From NCBI GenBank assembly GCA_963825865.1, contig CAWGVG010000011.1, forward strand, positions 1 to 32,000: a stretch of 32,000 bases of DNA, written 5' to 3'. The notes beneath the pieces were generated by a model. The model made no database searches. It saw nothing but the letters and a program-made list of their open reading frames with translations, and was not told where the DNA came from. This DNA comes from an uncultured Nitrososphaeraceae archaeon. Lineage in GTDB: Archaea; Thermoproteota; Nitrososphaeria; Nitrososphaerales; Nitrososphaeraceae. Shown here one piece after another: positions 19,530-28,322 of the stretch (its first letter is position 1; every line of letters starts with the position of its first letter). The position numbers and the translations under genes are program-made.

Positions 19530-20045
19530 GACGACCTAAAAGCCATATCATTTCAATACTTATTTTTCCTAGATAATATCACAAAATGTTTATGATGCAT
19601 TTCATTTCAATACTATACCTCTACAATACATGGCACAATATAACAAAACCGCTTCAACTCAGATAGTTGGAAATAAGATGAAATGCATAAAGATATGCTC
19701 AGCTACTTGTCAGGCATTTGAATATATTATTCTCTTATAGTCCCACATATTATTAGGTTTCACATAATTTGTATTTGTAAAGTATTATTATATATATAAA
19801 ATATCAAAAATCTGCCTCAGTAAATTCTTGATTTCTTCGCTTTAGAACCCTTTAATTTCCTTCTCTGACACGATTTGTCGAAAGGAGCAGAGCTTTTCCC
19901 TTGAGATCTATTTGGCCTCTTGCAGTTTTGATGTTTGATATACCTTATGTGTAAAATATCCTAAATCAAAAAAAATTGTAGAAAAATATAAAAACAAAGA
20001 AAAGTGGCTATAGACTTTTTCTTCCTTTAGTACGCCAGATCTGAG

Positions 20046-20375
20046 TTACCAATGGTGTTTTTCATCTGGAATTAGACCAATCTGTTCACGTTCAAAGTAC
20101 CTTTCCAATTCTTGTGTCCATTTTTCCTTCGCAGAACCCCCACCAAGACCCTTTCTTCGTAGCCAGAACGCAATGACACTTAACAAGAACACTGCGAACA
20201 GCATAGTACCGAAGATATAGACCATTACGTCGTAGAACAGAGGGTCATATGCTGGTCCAATCTGCCCAATCAGACTTTTGAATGCAATACTAACCATTGC
20301 CGCAAGGCTTAGGATATCGATCATTATCATATACAGCAAATAAAATTCTATGATATATACATTTTGGTCTGTCAT
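20046..20375 (-). CDS. Small membrane protein (2 predicted TM helices and a charged C-terminal tail), function unknown
   Basis: 109-aa ATG-started ORF. Hydrophobic segments: IIEFYLLYMIMIDILSLAAMVSIAF and VMVYIFGTMLFAVFLLSVIAFWL. Tail: RRKGLGGGSAKEKWTQELERYFEREQ.. Confidence 0.55.
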   Translation of the reverse strand: MTDQNVYIIEFYLLYMIMIDILSLAAMVSIAFKSLIGQIGPAYDPLFYDVMVYIFGTMLFAVFLLSVIAFWLRRKGLGGGSAKEKWTQELERYFEREQIGLIPDEKHHW

Positions 20376-20529
20376 TTCCCGTTTCTCTCCAGTAAATCAG
20401 AACAAACCCTCTACATCGATGATTAGAGTTATCAAAGCACATTAACAGTATAATAAATAAAAAAATAATCTAAAATAAATAAAATATTTGAAAATCCCAT
20501 AAAACAAAAAATGTAGTAGATAGATAGAT

Positions 20530-20838
20530 TTAAGTGGTTGCTTTTGTCTTTGCGCCGCTTCTGCTCTTTACAAAGAATGCTCCTGCAACGCCACCAAAGA
20601 TCGCTACTATGACTGCAATAAAGATTGTTGTTTCATTAATATTAGTTCCAAGCATTGGTGTACCAGAACCGTATGCCCCCGCTTGTCTTGCGTTATTGAC
20701 TTTCGCTTTTGCCAGCTTTAGTTGCTCTTCAATGTTGCCTCCGGTGGTGCCGCCATATTGTGCAGTCGCTATGTGAATTACTGGTAATGCAAATGCAGAC
20801 CCTAGCAGAACAACTAGTGCTCGCCACAGCCATAACAA
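20530..20838 (-). CDS. Small bitopic protein: signal-peptide-like N-terminus, ~55-aa exposed segment, C-terminal TM anchor with a basic tail
   Basis: 102-aa ORF (TTG start): LWLWRALVVLLGSAFALPV.. then ..TTIFIAVIVAIFGGVAGAFFVKSRSGAKTK. An ATG at 20851 (MNKP..) lies 13 nt upstream, one base out of frame. Confidence 0.55.
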   Translation of the reverse strand: MLWLWRALVVLLGSAFALPVIHIATAQYGGTTGGNIEEQLKLAKAKVNNARQAGAYGSGTPMLGTNINETTIFIAVIVAIFGGVAGAFFVKSRSGAKTKATT

Positions 20839-21146
20839 TCGGCTTATTCATATTAATCTAACCTTTCGATTTCAATTATTTAATCTTTATGTTTGACCAT
20901 TTTTTCCTTATCATCGGATTGAACTGATTTATATTACATTTGCCCGTGTAGGCTGATTTAGAATGTGCATTATTTGGCTCAATCAAGTGACGTAGTCCGT
21001 CCATCCTTCATGTTGGTACGTCTTTGGTAGTCAGACATTTTAATATGCAGATGGAGACGATATCGTCTAGTTACATACATAATCATTAATCTGGCGTTAA
21101 AGCAGCAATATTTGTTTGAAAGCTGCATATACAAAGCGTATCAAAG

Positions 21147-22418
21147 TTAAAGCGAAATTTCTTTTATGTATCCCATGTATTTTTGAAGAATATCTGGAAC
21201 TTCAACCGTACCCTTTGAGGTCTGATAGTTTTCTAATATGGTTACTAGAGTTCGCTCAGTTGCCACAAGAGTACTATTCAAGGTGTGGACTAATCTGGTT
21301 TCCTCATTTGTCTTATCTCGGAATCTGATGCCGAGCCTGCGAGCTTGATAATCTGTGCAATTTGAACATGATCCGATCTCCCTGTATGCATTTTGACTTG
21401 GCATCCATGCTTCAATATCATATGTTTTGGCTGAAACTTTGCCCAACTCTGCAGAACAGAGCAATACTGTACGATAAGGTATTCCAAGTTTTTCATAGAA
21501 TTCCTCGGTTACTCTTAACATTTCATCATGTTCTTTCCATGAGTTTTCTGGACGAGAGTATGTGAATTGTTCAACCTTCTCAAACTGATGCACTCTGAAA
21601 ATACCCTTCATATCCTTGCCATGCGCACCAGCTTCTTTTCTAAAACATGGACTTATACCAGCATATTTAATTGGCAATTTCTTGCCATCTAAAATTTCAT
21701 CCATATACATTGAAGCCATTGCATGTTCCGAAGTACCTAACATATAGAGATCTTCTCCTTCAACTTTGTAAATTACATCTTCAAAATCCCCTAGTATTAT
21801 AGCTCCTTCCATAGCCTCCTTTTTAATCATATAAGGCGGTTGAGTGAGTGTATATCCTTTTTTTAATAAAAAGTCTAATGCAAAGTGTATCAGTGCTTGA
21901 TTCATCATTACTAGCTCATTTTTCAGAAAGTAAAATCTTGCACCTGATATCTTTGCAGCCCTCTCAATGTCAATCAGATCAAGGCTTGCCGCAATATCAA
22001 CATGGTCTTTAGGTTTGAAATCGAGCTTTTTGATAGTCTCCTGTTGTTTGACAATGAAGTTATCAGTTTCATCATTCCCAAATGGAACAGATTCATGAAT
22101 GATATTAGGAAGCAGCATCATTAGATGTTGGAACTTTGAATCGACCCTGATTTTTTCTTCATCAAGACCGACCATCCTATTTCTGATTTCATTCATTTCT
22201 TGTAGTTCCTGAGTTATTTTCTGCTTAGTCTTCTTTTTGGCGGCTATAGAATGTGCAACAATATTTTTACTATGGTTGATACCTTGTATTTCGGCTATCA
22301 ATTCCCGACGTCTTTTATCTAAAGCAATTAGCTCGTTAATTGGAAAATCTAATTTTCTCTTTTTTAACATATTCTCTATGACTTGTGGATTGTCTTTCAA
22401 TAGTTTTAAATCAAGCAT
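21147..22418 (-). CDS. serS: Seryl-tRNA synthetase
   Basis: MLDLKLLKDNPQVIENMLKKR.. forms the coiled-coil N-terminal arm. Class II core motifs are present: FRKEAGAHGKD.KGIFRVHQFEKVEQF and TLNSTLVATERTLVTILENYQ. The likely ATG is at 22418; the track uses a TTG at 22424. Confidence 0.95.
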   Translation of the reverse strand: MLDLKLLKDNPQVIENMLKKRKLDFPINELIALDKRRRELIAEIQGINHSKNIVAHSIAAKKKTKQKITQELQEMNEIRNRMVGLDEEKIRVDSKFQHLMMLLPNIIHESVPFGNDETDNFIVKQQETIKKLDFKPKDHVDIAASLDLIDIERAAKISGARFYFLKNELVMMNQALIHFALDFLLKKGYTLTQPPYMIKKEAMEGAIILGDFEDVIYKVEGEDLYMLGTSEHAMASMYMDEILDGKKLPIKYAGISPCFRKEAGAHGKDMKGIFRVHQFEKVEQFTYSRPENSWKEHDEMLRVTEEFYEKLGIPYRTVLLCSAELGKVSAKTYDIEAWMPSQNAYREIGSCSNCTDYQARRLGIRFRDKTNEETRLVHTLNSTLVATERTLVTILENYQTSKGTVEVPDILQKYMGYIKEISL

Positions 22419-22677
22419 CCGCAATCACTTTTTTTGCAAGCGATATAAAGTCCAATACTTCGTCGATAGTATTGACAAGGGTTTCAATTTTAATGTTGCA
22501 GAAAAATTTAAGGAACAAAGTATTATTATTGTTTAAAAACATTTCCATTGATAGACATTTTGGAAAGTTGACATTATCTGGTATTAATGCCTCCATTATT
22601 GCATACATCTCAGATTTTTTTGAAAACTTTATCTCTATAATGACAATGATCTCAAGAGGCAGTTTCGAATTTGGCAT
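22411..22677 (-). CDS. Pcc1-like KEOPS subunit (tentative)
   Basis: 88-aa ORF. Size and pattern (..IEIKFSKKSEMYAIMEALIPDN..LFLKFFCNIKIETLVNTIDEVLDFISLAKKV) resemble the Pcc1/CTAG family, from memory. It is tightly overlapped with both neighbours, which argues that it is a real gene. Confidence 0.45.
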   Translation of the reverse strand: MPNSKLPLEIIVIIEIKFSKKSEMYAIMEALIPDNVNFPKCLSMEMFLNNNNTLFLKFFCNIKIETLVNTIDEVLDFISLAKKVIADA

Positions 22678-24088
22678 TATCTATGGCGATCCTAACATTT
22701 TGTAAAAAATCTTCCAATCTTGCAGATGGAATTCTGCATCCGGCATCTGCAGAATGCCCACCTCCAATCCCACCAGCGGATTCTGAACAGTATCGCATTA
22801 TTAGACCTAGATTTGATTCGGATTTGCATCCAAGGCATTTTCTCGAAGAAAACTTGTAATTACCATCCTTGGTTATAGTTCTGACAAATAGCAATCTGCC
22901 ACAGAGTGTTGGAGAACCGCCTAACAATGAAGAAACTGCCCCAAGCATATCTTCAGCTAAAAGTCCCTCTCCGTTTACAAAAACAGAGTTCCCATTATCA
23001 ATCAAGCGCCATTTTTCTGCGAAAATGGTAGAAATGTAATTCCTCAAAGTTGTTCTATATTGGTCAACTATTTCTTCACCTTCGGTTAACATTGTGTTTC
23101 TATCACCCATACAAATTCCAATACCAACACCAGCTTTTCTTATCCTTCCACATGCGTTGAGCATGATCGAAAACTCTCTGGCATCACGAAGTTGGCTCCT
23201 TTGATCTTCATTTGTGAGTGTATATGTATAACCTATAAGATTGTCTTTTATATCGGTTGCAGTATATTTTGAAGAAGTAACCACAAATTTGGCAATCGCA
23301 TCTAGGATAAAACTTTTCTCTTCGTTCGAAATTTCAGAAAGGACGCGCCATCTCCCATTATCCTTCATCTTTATTCCAGCATTTTTGATTATTTCATAAC
23401 AGTTTTCTATGTTCCATGTCAGTCCTTCGATATAAGGAGATGGGGTATAGGCAAGAGATTCATGAAGGGGTCTGGTTTCTCGTCCTGTAAACATAAGATC
23501 TAGATCTACGCTGATCAGTCCTAGTGACTGAGCAATCTTCACAATTTCTGAATTTACGCCGAGAAGGGATCTCTTATCCCCTTGGTCCTGTCTATCTGCT
23601 AAAGCAGAAACAATCGCAGTAGAGGAAAGATCCCTGTTTTTTCTGTCAAGTGTGCTAGCAACCATATATGCCATCCCTCCAGCGCAGATTTCATTACCAC
23701 CATTAATACCAAATTTCCAAGCATTTAGGACCTGATCATTATAATCTGTCGTTTCTTCTTGGTAAATTTGATGGTGATCAATTGCCACCCATCTCTTATC
23801 AAGAGCCTTGAGCAATTCCTTTGCCATCCTTCCACCAAGGTCTGTGATTATATAGAAATCGTGGTTTTCAAACTTCATTTGTTCAATAACATTCAAAGTC
23901 ATATCAGAAACACTTCTAACAGTACATTGGGCGCCTAATCTCATTAAAGACATAGAAATAATGCTGCCAGAAATTATACCATCTGCATCTAAATGTGTGA
24001 TAACAGAAATTTCGTTATCATTTTCAATAACATTGTTAATCTTTTCACAAAAAGGTTTTAGAGCCTGCTTGAGTTCGTTGATGCCCAT
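22652..24088 (-). CDS. DHH-family phosphoesterase, archaeal RecJ/Cdc45 (GAN)-like
   Basis: 478-aa intact ORF with DHH-family motifs: ITHLDADGIISG, FYIITDLGG and VAIDHHQ. A glycine-rich GGGH-type motif (GGIGGGHSADAG) lies near the C-terminus. Confidence 0.8.
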   Translation of the reverse strand: MGINELKQALKPFCEKINNVIENDNEISVITHLDADGIISGSIISMSLMRLGAQCTVRSVSDMTLNVIEQMKFENHDFYIITDLGGRMAKELLKALDKRWVAIDHHQIYQEETTDYNDQVLNAWKFGINGGNEICAGGMAYMVASTLDRKNRDLSSTAIVSALADRQDQGDKRSLLGVNSEIVKIAQSLGLISVDLDLMFTGRETRPLHESLAYTPSPYIEGLTWNIENCYEIIKNAGIKMKDNGRWRVLSEISNEEKSFILDAIAKFVVTSSKYTATDIKDNLIGYTYTLTNEDQRSQLRDAREFSIMLNACGRIRKAGVGIGICMGDRNTMLTEGEEIVDQYRTTLRNYISTIFAEKWRLIDNGNSVFVNGEGLLAEDMLGAVSSLLGGSPTLCGRLLFVRTITKDGNYKFSSRKCLGCKSESNLGLIMRYCSESAGGIGGGHSADAGCRIPSARLEDFLQNVRIAIDNAKFETAS

Positions 24089-24097
24089 GCTACGCTC

Positions 24098-24547
24098 TTA
24101 CTCTAGCTGAGCAATAACCGCTGCGTACTTCCAGCTTTTCTCAATCTTCCCAATACGTTTGTAGTATCTAGAAAGTCTATGAATCTTTGCTTCAATAAGC
24201 TCTAATGAACGGACGTTTCGGTGGTCACTATTGTGAGCTCTAAGATGTTTTTGAAGTCCCACAGCCTTTTGAACTAGTCGACTTAAATCCTCAGGCATAT
24301 CTCGTTTGATATTATTTTCATCAAGTATTTCTGTAATATTTTTACCTACAACTGGCTTCACAAGGGGTATACCATATTCGTCGCGCAAACGAAGGCCTAT
24401 TTCACTTGAAGTTAGACCTTCCTTCGATAATTGTACAACTAACGAAAACACGTCTCCTTGGCTTTGTGTTAGCCAAACCGGTGTATTCTTGGAAGTTGGA
24501 CGAGTCGAATGTGATTTACCATGAGTAGGAGAATGCATTCGTGCCAT
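24098..24547 (-). CDS. rps15: 30S ribosomal protein uS15 (S15P/S13e)
   Basis: 149 aa: MARMHSPTHGKSHSTRP..EIGLRLRDEYGIP..LQKHLRAHNSDHRNVRSLELIEAKIHRLSRYYK. Confidence 0.93.
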   Translation of the reverse strand: MARMHSPTHGKSHSTRPTSKNTPVWLTQSQGDVFSLVVQLSKEGLTSSEIGLRLRDEYGIPLVKPVVGKNITEILDENNIKRDMPEDLSRLVQKAVGLQKHLRAHNSDHRNVRSLELIEAKIHRLSRYYKRIGKIEKSWKYAAVIAQLE

Positions 24548-25080
24548 ATCTGTTTAAAAGAAACGAATGCATATCTTAAACGTTACTTGACTATGCTAAA
24601 TGTGTTACATTAGCTTAGTAAAAATAAAGATAAGTTATTTTTAGTTCTGCTATATGATTGTAGATATCAAATATAGCAGCTGGGGAGGGTACTTACCTTC
24701 TTCGAGGGTTTAGGCACTCGGTAACACATTGGCAGTGTGTTGGTTTCAAATTGGCTTAGCCATACCAGCTATGTCTAATAACTTCTAAAGCTGAGCCGGT
24801 AATTATCCAAGATATAGGACCTCCTCATCACGGACTCCTATAGATATCATGACCCCTATTGGTTGACACTGATTGCTATAGATATATATCACGTATAAAA
24901 ATCCAATTTTCCAATCTATATTAACTCCTTTAAAAATCTAAAATCACATAGCAAAACCAACAGTGAGAAGTGTTGTTATACAACAGTTTTATACATCAGC
25001 AGCATCACACCTTACCTAATCATTAGGAGACTGAATAAAAGATATTGACCATTCTTTCTACAGATGTGGTGAAGTGACAT

Positions 25081-25124
25081 GATTAGTAATAAGATGACAT
25101 TGTTGTGTCATTTTATTACTAATC
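25081..25124. repeat. Near-perfect 20-nt-arm inverted repeat (18/20 matches, 4-nt spacer) 35 nt upstream of srp19
   Basis: GATTAGTAATAAGATGACAT-tgtt-GTGTCATTTTATTACTAATC, read directly from the sequence. Confidence 0.7.
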
Positions 25125-25158
25125 TTAATATTTAAGACTAATTAGAAAATAATGTCAG

Positions 25159-25479
25159 TTGAAAGATTATGATCACATAATTTTATGGCTTGATTATTTT
25201 AACAAGCATTTATCGAGACAGAAAGGTCGTAAAGTAAAAAGGTCTCGTGCAGTTTTTGATCCGATAGTCTCAGAGCTAGTTGATGCTGCCAAATTAGCAG
25301 GTTACAATCCTACGACAGAAGAAACTAATAACCAGGCAAGATATCCTAGAAGATATTTTGTAAAATCAGGATATATAATGCTCTCGAAACCAGAAGGTGT
25401 AAAAAAATCTGCAATCATTGATACCATTGCAGAAAAAATGATACAAAAAAGAAATAAACAGAAATCTAGTCAAAGATAG
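25159..25479 (+). CDS. srp19: Signal recognition particle protein SRP19
   Basis: ..HIILWLDYFNKHLSRQKGRKVKRSRAVFDPIVSELVDAAKLAGYNP.. fits the SRP19 N-terminal signature (W.YFD..LSR..GR.V). The start is TTG; an ATG at 25152 is 7 nt upstream, one base out of frame. Confidence 0.8.
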   Translation: MKDYDHIILWLDYFNKHLSRQKGRKVKRSRAVFDPIVSELVDAAKLAGYNPTTEETNNQARYPRRYFVKSGYIMLSKPEGVKKSAIIDTIAEKMIQKRNKQKSSQR

Positions 25480-25604
25480 CAATTAAAGGATAATAATAAC
25501 AACCTGTCTTCTTGCGCTTGATATGGGATGATGTTTATCAATTAAATGAATTTTTATTGACAGAACACAATGATAATAAGTGAAGTATATGGTCGTTATA
25601 TGTT

Positions 25605-25925
25605 ATGGAGGAAAGCGGAGAAGTCATGCATTTAGCAAAGAGTGGAAGACTCATTGTGAAACTTGGAACTGCTGGCAAAGAAACTAAGAGTGGTGAATTA
25701 TTAGTTGATGAAAACGGAAAACGCATAGGCAAAGTAATAGAAGTAATTGGATCTACTGCTGCACCTTATGCATCAGTAATACCACAGACAGACAGAACAA
25801 ACAAGATCACAGGTATTAAGGTATTTAGTGGCGGATTCTTACCTAAAAGACGACCCTCTAAACGCAGTGATTACAAAAAAGGAGGCTTTGGGCGAAATAG
25901 GAAGGCAGGGGTTAATCAACTATGA
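25605..25925 (+). CDS. gar1: H/ACA RNP protein Gar1
   Basis: GEVMHLAKSGRLIVKL....GELLVDENGKRIGKVIEVIGSTAAPYASVIP is the typical archaeal Gar1 core. The basic tail is Gly- and Arg-containing. The stop overlaps the tfb start (ATGA). Confidence 0.85.
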   Translation: MEESGEVMHLAKSGRLIVKLGTAGKETKSGELLVDENGKRIGKVIEVIGSTAAPYASVIPQTDRTNKITGIKVFSGGFLPKRRPSKRSDYKKGGFGRNRKAGVNQL

Positions 25926-27011
25926 TATCAACAGAATATTATACTCAATGTCCTGAATGTGATTCTGGTCTTGTTCACGATTACAGCAAGGGAGAATACA
26001 TTTGCCAGAAATGTGGATGTGTAGTAATGGACCAGGTTGATGATTATGGTCCAGAATCACATTCAACTGACCTCGAAGAAAAGTCAAAGAACGTACGCGC
26101 CAGCGGATTTACTAGCTTCTCACTACATGATTATGGTTTGAGAACAGAAATTGGTTTTGGCTCAAAAGATTATAGTGGTAAGTCAATTGAATACGAGATG
26201 GCAGAACAAATGAATAATATGCGCAAATGGCATTCAAGAATAAGAGTAGCATCTCCAAAAGAAAGAAGACTCTCAAATGTTTTATCTAAAATTAACGAGA
26301 CTTGTTCTGCAATGTTACTTCCAAAGATATTAGTAGAAACAGCAGCAATGCTTTACCGAAACTTTGAAAATAAAAATGAAGCAAAGGGAAAATCCATTGC
26401 ATGTATGGCAGCAGCAACAATTTACCTAGCATGTAAAAGATGCTCAGTAATAAGATCTTTAGAAGAAATCATTAAAGCAACCGGTATAACTGAACAAGAC
26501 AGATCTAGTCTGAAACTCGCAGCGAAATACTATAGACTAATGGTTATGGAGATGGGCGTCTTTACAGAACATCCAGCAGCAGGAACAACATCACCCTCTT
26601 CTACTATTAGTACCTGGTGTTTCTATAACAACAACAACTTCATCATCCTCATCGTTGCCTTTCTCTCCTTTAACACAATCTACACCAATTCCAGTAAGAC
26701 TCGCAATCGATCAATATATTGCTAAACTAGCAAACACGGCAAAGATTGATACGAAAGTTGAGAGGTTGGCAATTGACATAGCGCATAAAACTGATGACCG
26801 TCTTCTTGCAGACGGCAAGGCTCCAAATGGTCTAGCTGCAGCATATATTTACTTGGCTGCGGTATTGCTTGGAGTTAATCTTCTGCAAATAGATGTATCA
26901 AGCCTTGCGGGTATCACAGAAGTTACCATCCGTAATAGGTGCAAGGACATCCTGACAAGTTTTAAACTAACAATAACAATTAAGTCATCAGCGGGAACGA
27001 ATTTCAGCTAA
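25922..27011 (+). CDS. tfb: Transcription initiation factor TFB (TFIIB homologue), with a low-complexity inter-repeat insertion and a frameshift
   Basis: N-terminal Zn ribbon CPECDS..CQKCGC. First cyclin repeat ..LPKILVETAAMLYRNF..GKSIACMAAATIYLACK... Second repeat, in ORF 26655-27011: AIDQYIAKLAN..ERLAIDIAHK..DGKAPNGLAAAYIYLAA..ITEVTIRNRCKDI. The frames switch somewhere in 26541-26655. Confidence 0.88.
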
Positions 27012-27264
27012 AGGCCCATTGAAATTAGTTATAGGACAGACTTTTTCTCGACTTTTTTACTTCCTCTGATATCTTTTATTTCTAATGGATGAAATTTGCC
27101 TTGTTACTAGTTAACGTTCTTCTTTGATATTACACATCAGCTTTTTGTTTCTAAAGAATTATCAAGTTAATTTCTAAAGTCTCAATGTTATCATTATAGA
27201 TTTAAGAAAAATCCCGTTATTACAGCCAAAGTCATTATAATTGACATTCATAATTATGCCAACA

Positions 27265-27411
27265 AAATAGGCATGTTTGGTTTGCTTCGTCTCGATGCAA
27301 ATGAATGTTCTAGAAGTCCCATGATATCCTGAAGGCGTGTTCTATCCTCCGTTTTAGGCGAGCTGATTGTAACAGCTTAAACTGTTATCCGATTTCGGTA
27401 AAACTATGAAA
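27265..27411 (+). repeat. Exact 14-bp direct repeat AAATAGGCATGTTT (27265-27278 and 27398-27411) in a gene-free region
   Basis: Read directly from the sequence. The copies are 133 bp apart, inside the 0.94 kb stretch between tfb and the next ORF. Confidence 0.6.
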
Positions 27412-27953
27412 TAGGCATGTTTTTCAGTTCCGTCTAAAGCCATTCAAACAGCTTTTCATTCATTTATAGATGGAACATGACTGGAAGATAGATGTACGAA
27501 AAAATCTGTAAGCGTAAGATGTCAACTCAGCTACAACACAAATACAACGATATAATTAACACAACCACCCATTTACATTTGGAAAACGATAACTGTTTGG
27601 AAACTATAATGTTCGAGAGAAAAAACTAAAAGGATAAAGGAGCTCTAATTCTCTATCAAAACATAGCGTGTAAAAGGATCAAAGATTCATTTTGTCCCTC
27701 TAGGCAAGATTATAAAATAATGTTTAAGAATTTTAGCTATGTCCCAATAATTAAGTGATAAATCTATGCCGACGTCGACTAAATAAGCAATTTCATGATA
27801 AAGCTTATTTATTACTTTTTGACATATTTGTAATACTGAGCACTGTACACATGAAGCACAGTAATTCAAATGAAGAAATCGTATTAAAATACTTGCTTCA
27901 GTTCACCTGTTTATAATAATATTTATAATCCAGATTATGATCGCTTTATATTA

Positions 27954-28163
27954 ATGGAAAGACTCAATGGCGAAATCATCACAGGAATTGCTTTAGCTTT
28001 CATGGCTATTTTGTTTCTCTATGCAGGTACGGTTAATACAGTCTGGGCAACAATAAGACCGGCGGATTTTCTTATCCTAGCAATTGGTGCAGCCTTTATT
28101 ATTCTTGGAATGTGGACCATCAAGAAGAATCGAAGCATCAAAAACGAACACCCTCATTCCTGA
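27954..28163 (+). CDS. Small membrane protein (2 TM helices), unknown function
   Basis: 69-aa ATG ORF with hydrophobic segments IITGIALAFMAILFLYAG and FLILAIGAAFIILGMW. Confidence 0.4.
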   Translation: MERLNGEIITGIALAFMAILFLYAGTVNTVWATIRPADFLILAIGAAFIILGMWTIKKNRSIKNEHPHS

Positions 28164-28322
28164 TTTTTTGTTATCGAAACGAGAATTTGTTTAAAAAAAT
28201 AATGTAATATATCGTTGTTGTTGTTGTTTATATACGTAGTATAAAGTTGTACTTGCTCCATATGCGGATTATTTATTATAACAATTTATAGTGCCAAGAA
28301 AACATTACTGCTAACCATTTTT

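Noticed and set aside
19820-19960. A 47-codon open frame on the minus strand encoding a very basic peptide (..KHQNCKRPNRSQGKSSAPFDKSCQRRKLKGSKAKKSRIY*), reminiscent of a small ribosomal-type protein.
   Set aside because: There is no ATG, GTG or TTG start anywhere in the frame, and I could not match it to a known small ribosomal protein. It could be a real gene hidden by an indel, but this is unsupported.
24600-25158. I expected an SRP RNA or RNase P RNA gene in the large gap upstream of srp19.
   Set aside because: I could not find the conserved helix-8 or helix-6 type motifs of SRP RNA, nor the GAGGAAAGUCC-type core of RNase P RNA, on either strand. Only generic hairpins are present; these are reported separately at low interest.
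25528-25590. Possible C/D-box sRNA in the srp19-gar1 gap (AUGAUGU, AUGA and AUGAUAA elements). Other RUGAUGA-like boxes occur at 6595-6601, 31053-31059 and 24826-24832(-).
   Set aside because: None has a properly spaced CUGA D box or a C'/D' arrangement within 50-70 nt. In AT-rich DNA, a box C match alone is expected by chance.
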